A DNA stretch of 64,000 bases from an uncultured Elusimicrobiales bacterium (GCA_964520045.1 CAZFMJ010000003.1:10272-74271), one strand, 5' to 3'; numbered from the stretch's first letter, positions 1 through 9,531 are shown. Numbers and translations: made by a program. Notes: generated from the sequence alone by a model not told the origin.

Positions 1-729
1 ATCAACCGTACAGCCCGAAGCGGAAGCTATTTCATTCAATGCAGAGGCAAGACCGCCTCTTGTTAAATCCCTGAGAACATGTATAGCCGAAGAGACGCCT
101 AGCATTTTTTCCACAAGCGAATTAAGCGGAACGGCGTCGCTTTTTATTCCGCTTTCAAGACCCAGATTATTTCTGGCATTCATTACCGCTACGCCGTGCT
201 CCGCAAGATTTCCGCTCATGATTATAACATCGCCTGTTTGAGCGTTTGCGCCGGATAAATTCACGCCCTCCGGTATCACGCCTATGCCGGCAGTGGTTAT
301 AAACAGCTTGTCGGCATGGCCTTTTTCCACTACCTTTGTGTCTCCGGTAACTATCGAAACCCCCGCCGCGCGAGCCGATTCGGCCATGGAACCGGCGATA
401 CGCTCAAGAAGAGCGGCGTCCAATCCCTCTTCCATTATAAAAGCCGCGGACAGGGCTATCGGTTTTGCGCCCTTCATCGCAAGGTCGTTCACCGTGCCGC
501 AGACAGCCAGTCTGCCGATATCTCCGCCCGGAAATTCCAGCGGGCTTACGACATAACCGTCAGTGGTGAATGCCAGACGCCCGCCGTCTATGGATAATTC
601 CGCCGCATCATCCATGGCATTGAGCGCGGGATTGGAAAACCGTTTGGCAAAAACTTCTTTTATGAGCTCATGCGTCAGCCTTCCCCCGCTTCCATGCCCG
701 AGCATTATTTTTTGAATCCCTTTGCCCAT
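1..729 (-). CDS. hypE: HypE hydrogenase maturation protein (PurM/AIR-synthase fold), C-terminal part cut by window edge
   Basis: Not in the ORF track because it runs off the window. My reverse translation from the ATG at 729-727 reads MGKGIQKIMLGHGSGGRLTHELIKEVFAKRFSNPALNAMDDAAELSIDGGRLAFTTDGYVVSPLEFPGGDIGRLAVCGTVNDLAMKGAKP... and stays open to position 1. The GHGSGG N-terminal motif and overall pattern are HypE-like. Confidence 0.85.
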   Translation of the reverse strand, partial: MGKGIQKIMLGHGSGGRLTHELIKEVFAKRFSNPALNAMDDAAELSIDGGRLAFTTDGYVVSPLEFPGGDIGRLAVCGTVNDLAMKGAKPIALSAAFIMEEGLDAALLERIAGSMAESARAAGVSIVTGDTKVVEKGHADKLFITTAGIGVIPEGVNLSGANAQTGDVIIMSGNLAEHGVAVMNARNNLGLESGIKSDAVPLNSLVEKMLGVSSAIHVLRDLTRGGLASALNEIASASGCTVD

Positions 730-835
730 AATAAAATAATACCAAATTACCCGCGGCAATTTGCCTGCGTTGAAGCACAAATTATAGTATTGAAGGGCAG
801 TATATACCGCAAGAATAATTTTAAGGAGAAGCCTT

Positions 836-1462
836 ATGGGGTTTTCATTTATACCGAAGGAAATGAAATTTTTCGACCTTTTCGACCAGCAGAGCAAAAA
901 TGTGGTCAAGGGCTGTGAATGGTTCAAAGCGATGGCGGCCACCGGCGGTTTTGACGACGCGGGCGTGCAGAAAATGCGCGACATGGAACATGAAAGCGAC
1001 ACTCTTACCCATGAAACCATAGACATGCTTAACCGCACCTTTATAACCCCTTTTGACAGGGAAGATATTCATTCCCTTGCCTGCGAACTCGACGACGTAA
1101 TAGACCTTGTGCAGGCCATGACCACAAGAATACGGCTTTACAAGATAGCCGTGAAAGACGAATATCTTCCGCAGTTTGCGGAAGTCATACTTCAGTCCGT
1201 TAATTTTCTTTCAAAAGCCGTAACCGGCCTGCGCGACATGAAACGGCCCCGCAGAATACTTGACGCCTGTATAGAAATAAACCGTCTTGAGAATGTCGGA
1301 GATCAATTGCGCGAAATAGCCATAAGCAAACTCTTTGAAGATACAAAAGACCCGATAACCGTAATAAAATGGAAAGAAATCTACGAATGCGCCGAAACCG
1401 TGCTGGATAAATGCGAAGACGTGGCGAATATAGTCGAATCAATAATGGTGAAACAAGGATAA
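836..1462 (+). CDS. DUF47 / PhoU-like phosphate transport accessory protein
   Basis: 208-aa ORF with an AAGGAG RBS upstream. The N-terminus FIPKEMKFFDLFDQQ and helical-bundle composition are typical of DUF47 proteins paired with PiT transporters. The pit gene lies 10 nt downstream. Confidence 0.75.
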   Translation: MGFSFIPKEMKFFDLFDQQSKNVVKGCEWFKAMAATGGFDDAGVQKMRDMEHESDTLTHETIDMLNRTFITPFDREDIHSLACELDDVIDLVQAMTTRIRLYKIAVKDEYLPQFAEVILQSVNFLSKAVTGLRDMKRPRRILDACIEINRLENVGDQLREIAISKLFEDTKDPITVIKWKEIYECAETVLDKCEDVANIVESIMVKQG

Positions 1463-1472
1463 CGGACGCGGA

Positions 1473-2459
1473 ATGACACTGGCAATAATTTCCCTTATAT
1501 TTCTGGCCCTGCTGTTTGATTTTCTGAACGGATTTCACGACGCGGCAAATTCCATAGCCACGGTGGTGTCTACGCGGGTGCTTTCCCCGCGCTATGCCGT
1601 GATGTGGGCGGCATTTTTTAATTTTATAGCCTTCCTGTTTTTCGGCCTGCATGTGGCGGGCACCATAGGAAAAGGCATTGTTGATATCGGCGTCATGGAT
1701 TCTTATGTGATATTCGCCACTCTTATCGGAGCCTGCGCATGGGATATAATCACATGGCATTACGGACTGCCGACCAGTTCCTCGCACGCCCTGCTGGGCG
1801 GGCTTGTAGGCGCCGCGATAGTAAAAGCCGGAACCGCCTCCCTTGTGATGGCCGGCATATGGAAAACGATCGTATTTATGATTCTTTCCCCCCTCCTCGG
1901 ACTTTTTCTGGGGCTTCTGATAGGCGTAATCGTATACAGGCTTTTTGCCAAATCAGCGCCGGGACAGGTGGACCACTTTTTCAGAAAAGGCCAGCTCTTT
2001 TCAGCCGCCTGCTACAGTCTGGGGCATGGAGGCAATGACGCGCAAAAAACAATGGGCATAATAGCCGGACTTTTGTTTAGTTCAGGACTGCTTGCGGGGG
2101 ATTTTTATATTCCTTTCTGGGTGGTGCTGTCCTGCCACGGAGCAATCGCTTTAGGCACGATGTGCGGAGGATGGAAAATAGTAAAGACCATGGGCCAGAA
2201 AGTGGCAAAACTGCGGCCCGTGGACGGCTTCTGCGCGGAAACGGGCGCCGCCGTCACATTGTTTTTATCATCCGCGCTAGGGGTGCCGGTAAGCACAACC
2301 CACACGATAACCGGCGCCATAATGGGCATAGGCGCGCTGAGAAGATTCAACGCGGTGCGCTGGGGCATGGCAGGACAGATAGTATGGGCGTGGGTTCTCA
2401 CAATTCCCTGTTCCGCATTAATTTCCGCAATAACCTATTACGCAGTTAAACAGTTTTAA
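1473..2459 (+). CDS. Inorganic phosphate transporter, PiT family
   Basis: 328-aa polytopic membrane ORF with the PiT signature GFHDAANSIAT near the N-terminus and a second GGNDAQKTMG half-repeat. Confidence 0.9.
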   Translation: MTLAIISLIFLALLFDFLNGFHDAANSIATVVSTRVLSPRYAVMWAAFFNFIAFLFFGLHVAGTIGKGIVDIGVMDSYVIFATLIGACAWDIITWHYGLPTSSSHALLGGLVGAAIVKAGTASLVMAGIWKTIVFMILSPLLGLFLGLLIGVIVYRLFAKSAPGQVDHFFRKGQLFSAACYSLGHGGNDAQKTMGIIAGLLFSSGLLAGDFYIPFWVVLSCHGAIALGTMCGGWKIVKTMGQKVAKLRPVDGFCAETGAAVTLFLSSALGVPVSTTHTITGAIMGIGALRRFNAVRWGMAGQIVWAWVLTIPCSALISAITYYAVKQF

Positions 2460-2485
2460 CCGCATGGATAGCCAACAAGTCACCA

Positions 2486-2947
2486 TCAGCCCAGCTGTCT
2501 TAATATCTTCTTTGCGCGTTTTACAAATTCAGGCAGGGCTTTTTGTATTTCAGGGGAAAGTCTTTCGGTTAAAACAAGCGGATTTTCAATTTCCATGGCC
2601 AGTATGAGTATGTCTTTGGGGAAGGGGATGTTGAGTTTCTCCGCCATTTGAAGTATTTCGGGAAGGCCGGCAAAATGCGGGGAGGGCGCGGTTATTTTGC
2701 AAAAATCTTCGGAAGAATATTCAAGAATAGTTCCCGGCGGGCATTTGCCCGTTGAAATGGCGTCTAAAAGAAGGGCTTTGTCATAGCCTTCCAAAAAGTC
2801 TAAAAGCGCAAGTCCTGATTCGGCTGTTTCCTGAATATCGGCAAAGTCTTCAGGCAATTCTTTTTTTAACAGCCGCGCCGCCGCAAATCCCACGCCGTCA
2901 TCGCCCAGAATATCGTTACCGAGAGCAAGCACCAGCAAGCGCTTCAC
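2486..2947 (-). CDS. [NiFe] hydrogenase maturation endopeptidase (HycI/FrhD/HoxM family)
   Basis: LVLALGNDILGDDGVGFAAARLL motif. I place the start at GTG 2947-2945, which overlaps the TGA stop of the large subunit (cgGTGAag). The 185-aa track ORF (to 3043) would run 100 nt into mvhA. Confidence 0.8.
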   Translation of the reverse strand: MKRLLVLALGNDILGDDGVGFAAARLLKKELPEDFADIQETAESGLALLDFLEGYDKALLLDAISTGKCPPGTILEYSSEDFCKITAPSPHFAGLPEILQMAEKLNIPFPKDILILAMEIENPLVLTERLSPEIQKALPEFVKRAKKILRQLG

Positions 2948-4452
2948 CGCTTTATCTGCCTTATCACTTTGCCTGAAGCATCCCGGATGTTGAGCAAAAG
3001 CGGCATCTGCCCCGGAAGGGTATGAGTGGCGCAGCCGAAACACGGGTCATAAGCGCGAAACGCCATTTCCACCATATTCAAAAGCCCTTCGGAAACCTCG
3101 CCGTTTTTTATAAGGCTTTTTGCCGACTTATCAACGCTCATGGCTATGCGGGCGGCATTGTTCTGCGTGGCCACGATTAGATTGGCTTTTGAAATAAGAC
3201 CATTGTCATCGGTTTCATAGTGGTGTATAAGAGTTCCCCTCGGGGCCTCCACTATCCCTATTCCCTTTCCCTGCGGCTTTAACGCCATGTTGCGCAGTTC
3301 TTTGCTCGTTATCTCTTTGTCATTTAAAAGCTCGTTTATTCTTTCCGCCGCCTGCATCATTTCCACCACTCTGGCCCAGTGATTTGCCAGAGTATGATGA
3401 ACCGGCTTTCCTCCCAGCACCTTAAAATACTCCTCATACGCCTTCTGCGCCTGAGGAGATGCCATGCCATCGGCGGCATTAAGCCGCGCCAGCGGAGCCA
3501 CCGCATATATGCCGCTTGAAGGTCCGTCCATAAAACCCTGCCAGCCTATGGGCTTCAAATAGCAGAATTTCATATAGCTCCACGGCTCAACATGCTCGGC
3601 CACATAATCAAGATATTTATCCGGCTGGAACTTTGCGTATTCCTTGCCTTCGGGGGTCACCACCCGGATATGACCGTCATAGAAATTTACTCTATTCTTA
3701 TCGTCCACCATGCCCATGTAGTATGTTTTATGGGTATAAGCGTCCGAAGTTATAATATCCACGTACTTTTTGTTTTTAAGCACGATATCTTTGAACACCT
3801 GCAGGGTAAACGCTGCAAATTCCATGGAATCTTTGCCCAAATCCCTGAACTTCGGCAAATCCTCGGGAGAAATACCCTTGGCCACGCCGCCGGGAAGACC
3901 CATTACGGGATGTATAACTTTGCCGCCCAGATATGTTATAAGCTCCCGTATCCTTCTGCGCATGGATATGACTTTTTTCCCCACATCAAGACCCACTTTC
4001 TCTATAACTCCAGCCACATTCCTGAGATGTTTCGGCGCGTCCGGCCCTACAATGAAATCAGGACCGCCCAGTATATAAACGTGCAGGGCATGGTCTTCAA
4101 GCATAAAAGCGTTATAAAGCAGTTCCCGAATCTTGCGCGCGGCGGGAGTCGGCTGAACTTGATACAAATCGTCCAGCGCCTTTACAGCCGCCATATGATG
4201 CGCAGTGGGACACACTCCGCATATACGCGATGTTATCTGAGGCATATCTTCGGCTGGCCGGCCCCTGCTGAAAATTTCAAATCCCCTTAATTCGGGAATC
4301 TGCAGGTATGCCCTGTCTACATTGCCCTTGTCGTTAAGGAATATTTCTATTCTCCCATGACCTTCCAAACGCGTTATGGGGTCTATGGAAATTTTACGTC
4401 TATTATCTTTTACCGCGCTGTTTCCCGCCATATGATCTGTATGCGTAGCCAT
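2944..4452 (-). CDS. mvhA: [NiFe] hydrogenase large subunit, Mvh-type (group 3c-like by synteny)
   Basis: 502 aa. It has RLEGHGRIEI, the N-terminal Ni-binding motif RICGVCPTAHH, and C-terminal DPCFGCATH followed by a 25-aa tail of the kind removed by the maturation protease. Adjacent to mvhG, mvhD and hdrA. Confidence 0.9.
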   Translation of the reverse strand: MATHTDHMAGNSAVKDNRRKISIDPITRLEGHGRIEIFLNDKGNVDRAYLQIPELRGFEIFSRGRPAEDMPQITSRICGVCPTAHHMAAVKALDDLYQVQPTPAARKIRELLYNAFMLEDHALHVYILGGPDFIVGPDAPKHLRNVAGVIEKVGLDVGKKVISMRRRIRELITYLGGKVIHPVMGLPGGVAKGISPEDLPKFRDLGKDSMEFAAFTLQVFKDIVLKNKKYVDIITSDAYTHKTYYMGMVDDKNRVNFYDGHIRVVTPEGKEYAKFQPDKYLDYVAEHVEPWSYMKFCYLKPIGWQGFMDGPSSGIYAVAPLARLNAADGMASPQAQKAYEEYFKVLGGKPVHHTLANHWARVVEMMQAAERINELLNDKEITSKELRNMALKPQGKGIGIVEAPRGTLIHHYETDDNGLISKANLIVATQNNAARIAMSVDKSAKSLIKNGEVSEGLLNMVEMAFRAYDPCFGCATHTLPGQMPLLLNIRDASGKVIRQIKR

Positions 4453-4534
4453 ATTATGAAACTCCTTATTATGCCGTAAGACTGGGAACTAAACTATCAA
4501 TATTCTTTTTTCTGTTTCTTTTTTTACGCTTTCC

Positions 4535-4562
4535 GTCTACCTTCTACCGTTTACCATCTACC
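4535..4562 (-). repeat. 7-nt tandem repeat GGTAGAT GGTAAAC GGTAGAA GGTAGAC starting on the mvhG stop codon
   Basis: Reverse complement of 4533-4563 reads gGGTAGATGGTAAACGGTAGAAGGTAGACGG. The TAG of the first unit (4560-4558) is the mvhG stop. Confidence 0.85.
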
Positions 4563-5529
4563 CTTTATTTACCTTTCCGCGCAAAAGGCATTTTGAAAGC
4601 CCGTATCTGTAAAAAGAACCGATGGGGTCGGGAATACCCGCAAGCACCTTGTCTATGTCTTTCTCATCCTGTCCCGCTATTGAGGATGTTATTGAAGAAA
4701 CTATTTTAGCCCCCTGGTCCTTTACCCTTGAAGTAGGACCGAAGCACCCTGAGCACGGCATATTGCCTTTTACGCACAGGGCTTCGCATCCCGCCCTTGT
4801 GGCCGGACCAAGGCATAAAAATCCCTGAGCAAGAACACATTTTTCGGGATCGATAACGGCGCTGTGCGGACGCTTAAATTCGGAAATAACCATGTCCGCC
4901 GGCTTTGAATCCTTCCGCGGACACTCATCGCAAAGCGCTTTATCGGGAGCAAGCACCGAGCCTTTGGGAGGAAGTTTACCGGAAAGGAGCGCGGTGAGCG
5001 CCTGCATTATTATCTTAGGAGTAGGCGGACAGCCGGGCAGATAGTAATCGGTTTCAATGATCTCGTCAAGAGCCCGCACCATATTGCGCAGCTGGGGAAG
5101 CTCAAGCGCATTGCCGTCATTGGAGCAGGAAGTTTCCGGCCTGACATTCGTTTTATCGTTCACGCTGGGCGATTCACCGTATACATAATCAAATATCCGG
5201 CTTCTTTCAAACTGGTTTGAAAGGGCGGGTATGCCTCCGGCGCAGGCGCAGGCGCCGAATGAAATAACCGCTTGGCTTTTCCTGCGCAGAAGCCTTGCCA
5301 TTTCCTCCTGCTCGGAAGTCCGCAGAGCCCCGTTTATAAGCGCGGCGGCTATGGATTTATCCGGCAGGGCTTCTATATCGCTCTTTTTGAAATCCATGGC
5401 TACGGGCCAAAACACGATATCCACGGCGTCAAGCACCTTAAGAACATCCTCGGCTAAATCAACCACCGCCTCCTCGCACCCTCCGCATGAAGCGCACCAG
5501 TAAAACGCCACCTTCGGCTTATCTTGCAT
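4558..5529 (-). CDS. mvhG: [NiFe] hydrogenase small subunit, Mvh-type
   Basis: 323 aa. The N-terminal FYWCASCGGCEE proximal-cluster motif and further Cys clusters (CDECP, CLGPATRAGC, CSGCFGP) fit a small subunit. No Tat signal, consistent with a cytoplasmic group 3 enzyme. Confidence 0.85.
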   Translation of the reverse strand: MQDKPKVAFYWCASCGGCEEAVVDLAEDVLKVLDAVDIVFWPVAMDFKKSDIEALPDKSIAAALINGALRTSEQEEMARLLRRKSQAVISFGACACAGGIPALSNQFERSRIFDYVYGESPSVNDKTNVRPETSCSNDGNALELPQLRNMVRALDEIIETDYYLPGCPPTPKIIMQALTALLSGKLPPKGSVLAPDKALCDECPRKDSKPADMVISEFKRPHSAVIDPEKCVLAQGFLCLGPATRAGCEALCVKGNMPCSGCFGPTSRVKDQGAKIVSSITSSIAGQDEKDIDKVLAGIPDPIGSFYRYGLSKCLLRGKVNKG

Positions 5530-6076
5530 GGCTTACCGCCTCCTCTTTCCGCACTGCCTGCTCTTTGACTTCGGAAGAACCGTGTTTTGAGCCTTCCTTT
5601 ATTTCCTCATCCCATTTTGCGAATATGCCGGGCATGTCAAGCGGTCCCAGCCTGCGCACTTTCTCCACCATGTCGTTTACAACAGTCTTGACCTTTTCTC
5701 CCTCCGCGCCTGAAATCCATTCCAGCCTGAATCTGTCTTTTTCAATGCCCATATCTTTGAGCATTCTTTCAAGCAGGCGCATCCTGCGCAATGTTTTGTA
5801 ATTACCCTCGGAATAATGGCAATCCCCGGGATGGCATCCCCCTAAAAGAACGCCGTCCGCCCCTTTTGCAAAAGCGTCAAGAATAAACTGGGGATCCACC
5901 CTGCCCGAACACATTACTCTTATAATGCGCACATTGGGCGCGTATTTAAGCCGGGACACGCCGGCAAGGTCCGCCGCCGTGTAGGTGCACCAATTGCAGA
6001 AAAAGGCCACTATTTTCGGCTCCCATGCCGCCGCGCTAGCGCCGGGATCTTCTTTCGCCGTATTATGATTTTTCAT
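5519..6076 (-). CDS. mvhD: MvhD-like hydrogenase delta subunit ([2Fe-2S] adaptor to HdrA)
   Basis: 185 aa with FFCNWCTYTAADLAG...RVMCSGRVDP...GCHPGDCHY, the MvhD/FlpD signature. 4-nt overlap with the hdrA stop. Confidence 0.85.
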   Translation of the reverse strand: MKNHNTAKEDPGASAAAWEPKIVAFFCNWCTYTAADLAGVSRLKYAPNVRIIRVMCSGRVDPQFILDAFAKGADGVLLGGCHPGDCHYSEGNYKTLRRMRLLERMLKDMGIEKDRFRLEWISGAEGEKVKTVVNDMVEKVRRLGPLDMPGIFAKWDEEIKEGSKHGSSEVKEQAVRKEEAVSHAR

Positions 6077-8079
6077 TTTAAAAGAACCCCCTCTATTTCG
6101 CCGAATATCTGTTCGTCTTCAAAAAGTTTCTGCCTTATCGAGCCGGACGGACAGGCCGCGGCGCATACCCCGCAGCCTTTGCATAAAACTTCGTTTATCA
6201 CCGCTTTTTTCTTCGTTTCGTCAAAAGTTATCGCAGTGTAAGGACACAACGATATGCAGGATTTGCATCCCGAGCACTCCTCTTCAAGGATGTATGAAGT
6301 GTTAGGTTCCAGCTCCACATAGCCGGTGTCTATAAGAACAAGCGCCTCCGCCGCCGCCGCCCCCGCCTGCGCCACGGTGTCCGGAATATCTTTCGGCCCC
6401 TGACAGCATCCCGCTATAAACACCCCGTCCGTGAAAGTATTTACCGGCGCGAGTTTCGGATGACGTTCCTGAAAAAATCCTTCCACCGAACACCCTATAT
6501 TGAAAATACGCTTCATCTCCCTGACATCCGCATGGGGCTCCAATCCCACCGAAAGAACCACCATATCCACGGGTATTCTGCGCACAAAACCGCTCAGCGT
6601 ATCTTCCACCCGTATGACCAGCCTTCCTTCCTCGTCGGGCACCATCACCCAATCGGTCACTTCGGCCACTCTGCCCCGCACGAAATGCACGCCGTCCTGA
6701 AGAAGCTTGTCATAGAACTCCTCATAAGATTTGCCGGGGGTACGCATGTCTATATAAAAATTATAAACCTCAGCGGATGAATGCTCTTTGACCAAATGCG
6801 CCAGCTTCAGGGAATACATACAGCAGACCCTTGAACACCACTTATTGCTGTTTTCATCGCGGGAACCCACGCAGTGTATTATGCCCACCGCTTTGGGTTT
6901 TTTGCCGTCTCGAAGCACCACCTCGCCCTGAGTGGGGCCCGAAGCGTTTATGAGCCGTTCAACTTCAAGCGAAGTATACACGTTCGGGTACCTTCCGTAG
7001 CCGTAATACGGGTTTTTGGCGGCGTCATACGCCTGAAACCCGGTGGCTATTATTATGGTGCCCACCTGAATTTCCTTGAGTTCCTCTTTCTGCGTGAAAT
7101 CCACGGCTTTTCTGTCGCAGGCGGAGGCGCAGGACTGCTTGCACTTTCCTGTTTTAAGCTGAAGACAGGTCTCAGGATCTATGACAACCACTTTGGGAGT
7201 GGCCTGCGGAAACGGGATATACACGGGCTTGCGCTTGCCGAGCCCCTCGTTGAATTCATCCCGGAATTTACCTTCTTTATATACGCACTTTTCCACACAC
7301 TCCATACAGCCCACACAAAGCTCTTCCTTTATATACCTCGGCTTGCGCTTAACGGTCACCTTATAACTGCCCACATAACCGTCCACCTTCTGCACCTCCG
7401 AATACGTCCAAAGCGTGATATTGGGATGCCCTTTGACAGAAGACATCTTGGGCGTGAGTATGCAGGCCGCGCAGTCCAGCGTAGGAAAAGTTTTATCAAA
7501 CTTGGCCATGTGTCCGCCTATGGTGGGGTCTTTTTCCACAAGATAAACCTTTTTGCCGGCATTGGCCAGAGTAAGCGCGGAGTGTATTCCCGCTATCCCG
7601 CCCCCGACAATAAGCACGTCGGGGTGTATCGGCGATTTGCTTTTCTCAAGCGCTTTATGAAACCGCACCCTATATACCGCCGCCCGCACAAGGTCTTTCA
7701 CTTTATCAGTGGCTTTCTTCTTATCTTCATGCACCCATGAGGCATGCTCCCTGACATTGACCATCTGAAAAAAGAACGGGTTCAGCCCTCCCTTGACGCA
7801 GGCATTGCGGAAAGTCGCCTCATGAAGCATGGGGGAACAGGCCGCGACCACTATTCTTTCAAGCTTATGCGCTTTAATATCTTCGGCAATAAGCTGCTGG
7901 CCGGGATCCGAGCACATATATTTATAATCCCGGGACACGGCCACTCCGGGCAGGCCAGCCGCGTATTCCCGCACATTTTTTACGTCGATAACGCCGGCTA
8001 TGTTCGTTCCGCAGTGGCAGATATAAAAACCTATTCTGGGAATGTTATCAGACGTCTTTTTGTCTTTGGTTTCGGACAT
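6073..8079 (-). CDS. hdrA: Heterodisulfide reductase subunit A-like flavoprotein
   Basis: 668 aa. It has N-terminal FYICHCGTNIAG, an FAD motif VGGGIAGI, and several CxxCxxCxxxCP ferredoxin motifs. Confidence 0.9.
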   Translation of the reverse strand: MSETKDKKTSDNIPRIGFYICHCGTNIAGVIDVKNVREYAAGLPGVAVSRDYKYMCSDPGQQLIAEDIKAHKLERIVVAACSPMLHEATFRNACVKGGLNPFFFQMVNVREHASWVHEDKKKATDKVKDLVRAAVYRVRFHKALEKSKSPIHPDVLIVGGGIAGIHSALTLANAGKKVYLVEKDPTIGGHMAKFDKTFPTLDCAACILTPKMSSVKGHPNITLWTYSEVQKVDGYVGSYKVTVKRKPRYIKEELCVGCMECVEKCVYKEGKFRDEFNEGLGKRKPVYIPFPQATPKVVVIDPETCLQLKTGKCKQSCASACDRKAVDFTQKEELKEIQVGTIIIATGFQAYDAAKNPYYGYGRYPNVYTSLEVERLINASGPTQGEVVLRDGKKPKAVGIIHCVGSRDENSNKWCSRVCCMYSLKLAHLVKEHSSAEVYNFYIDMRTPGKSYEEFYDKLLQDGVHFVRGRVAEVTDWVMVPDEEGRLVIRVEDTLSGFVRRIPVDMVVLSVGLEPHADVREMKRIFNIGCSVEGFFQERHPKLAPVNTFTDGVFIAGCCQGPKDIPDTVAQAGAAAAEALVLIDTGYVELEPNTSYILEEECSGCKSCISLCPYTAITFDETKKKAVINEVLCKGCGVCAAACPSGSIRQKLFEDEQIFGEIEGVLLK

Positions 8080-8086
8080 AAATCAT

Positions 8087-8950
8087 TTACCTCCGTTTTG
8101 ACAAAACATTTTCGGCCGAAACTATACAGCGGTTAAGGCCTAATTTATCCGCGGGCAGACCCATGGCAAGGCCCAGCACCTGGGTAAAATAGAGCACCGG
8201 CATTGAGATATCGTCGTATCTGCTTCTCATCTGGTCCTGATAGCCGTCCAGATTAAACTGGCACAGCGGGCAAAGCGTAACTACGGCGTCGGCGCCGCGC
8301 TTTTTCGCCTCTTTGAGTATAATATACGACAGACGCAGTCCCACCTCCGGAATCGTGCCGGTGAGGCTTCCGCCGCAGCATTTTGTTTTAAGGGGAAACG
8401 GCACTGTTTCCGCCCCCGACGCCTCTATAAGCTTATCCATCGCCGTGGGATGAACCTGATCGTCGAATACCGCATACGGCCTTACCACCTGGCATCCGTA
8501 ATAAGCGGCAAATTTTAGGCCTTTGAGGGGCGCGCATATCTTGGACGCTATTTTATTTATGCCTATATCGTTTAAAAAGATGTCCGCCGGATGGCGCACC
8601 TTTATTTTGGGATCAATGCTTAATCCCGCGGTCTTCAGCGCGGTTTCAACCCTGCTTTTTACCTGCGAATTTTCATCGATGGCATGCAGAGCCTTGTTAA
8701 GCACAAGATAACAGGCGGAGCACGGCGCCATTATTTCGGCGTTTTTTCCGGCAAGAGCCAGATTTCTTCCGGCCAAAGCATGCGCCTGCAATTCATCCAC
8801 CGCCATATATGCGGTGGCGCCGCAGCAGTTCCAATCCTCTATCTCCTGCAGATCTATTTCCAGCGCGCGGCACACGGCTAAAAGCGACTCCTCATAAGCT
8901 TTTCCAGTACCTTTGAGCGAACAACCGGGATAATAAAGATATTTCATCAA
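8087..8950 (-). CDS. hdrB: Heterodisulfide reductase subunit B-like (two CCG domains)
   Basis: 287 aa with YYPGCSL, NCCGATAYMA and KCCGGSL CCG-domain motifs. Confidence 0.9.
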   Translation of the reverse strand: MMKYLYYPGCSLKGTGKAYEESLLAVCRALEIDLQEIEDWNCCGATAYMAVDELQAHALAGRNLALAGKNAEIMAPCSACYLVLNKALHAIDENSQVKSRVETALKTAGLSIDPKIKVRHPADIFLNDIGINKIASKICAPLKGLKFAAYYGCQVVRPYAVFDDQVHPTAMDKLIEASGAETVPFPLKTKCCGGSLTGTIPEVGLRLSYIILKEAKKRGADAVVTLCPLCQFNLDGYQDQMRSRYDDISMPVLYFTQVLGLAMGLPADKLGLNRCIVSAENVLSKRR

Positions 8951-9531
8951 TGTTTCCCCCCGCTTTTTTCAATGCTTCTAAGTATCTTCCGCAGTTCTCC
9001 CCGCCGTTTTATGGACTCAGGTATAAGAGAAAATCTTCCGGTGCGAAGAAGCGCTAATCCCAGCCTGCTCATACCCAGGAATTTAAACCAGTTGGTCCTC
9101 AGGAAAAGGTCGGTTACAAGCAGGGTTTCGGTCACCCTGCCCATTGCAAACACCATCTTGCCGAATTCTTTCGCAAGCACCGGCGTCGGGAATCTGCGCG
9201 GATAATAGCCCTCTTCGATAGCCCTTCTTTTCAGCGCATACATTATGTCGGTGATCATTATTTTTTTGGGGCATTCCGCACGGCAGGCGTAACAGCTTGC
9301 GCAGAGCCATATCGTGAAACTTCCGAGCACCTCTTTTTTAAATCCTTCGCGCGCAAGATTTATAAGCCTGCGCGGAGTGTAGTCCATATACAGAGAAAGC
9401 GGGCATGTGGCGCTGCAGAGCCCGCATTGTATGCATTGGCGTATTTTTTCCCCGCCTGAGACTTCGGTCACCCATTTCGCGAATCCGGGGTCGCGTTCTG
9501 CCTCGTATTTAATTTTAGTTTCCAGCGGCAT
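8947..9531 (-). CDS. hdrC: Heterodisulfide reductase subunit C-like (4Fe-4S dicluster)
   Basis: CIQCGLCSATCP and CASCYACRAECP motifs. Start placed at ATG 9531 (MPLETKIKY...), preceded by a GGGAGG RBS. The track ORF extends to 9606 with a non-conserved-looking leader. ATGA overlap with hdrB. Confidence 0.8.
   Translation of the reverse strand: MPLETKIKYEAERDPGFAKWVTEVSGGEKIRQCIQCGLCSATCPLSLYMDYTPRRLINLAREGFKKEVLGSFTIWLCASCYACRAECPKKIMITDIMYALKRRAIEEGYYPRRFPTPVLAKEFGKMVFAMGRVTETLLVTDLFLRTNWFKFLGMSRLGLALLRTGRFSLIPESIKRRGELRKILRSIEKSGGKH

Noticed and set aside
2470-2488. A possible weak heptad pair (GGCTGAT GGTGACT) on the protease stop codon.
   Set aside because: There are only two degenerate units lacking the GGTA core, which cannot be separated from chance.
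2948-3043. N-terminal extensions of track ORFs that run into the upstream gene (protease to 3043, flxA-like to 12515, FDH gamma-like to 28313, fdhD to 26469, hdrC to 9606).
   Set aside because: The track takes the longest ATG/GTG/TTG ORF. Internal starts give canonical protein N-termini, 4-nt start/stop overlaps or an RBS, and remove 50-110-nt overlaps.
3592-4290. 232-aa and 102-aa plus-strand ORFs inside the hydrogenase large-subunit gene, with similar antisense ORFs throughout (e.g. 6874-7740, 12753-13436, 14078-14785, 16417-16797, 29572-30087, 47275-47784).
   Set aside because: They lie fully antisense to ORFs with unambiguous conserved motifs. Their composition is low-complexity or Arg/Ser/Pro-biased, as typical of shadow frames in GC-rich coding DNA, and they lack an RBS.
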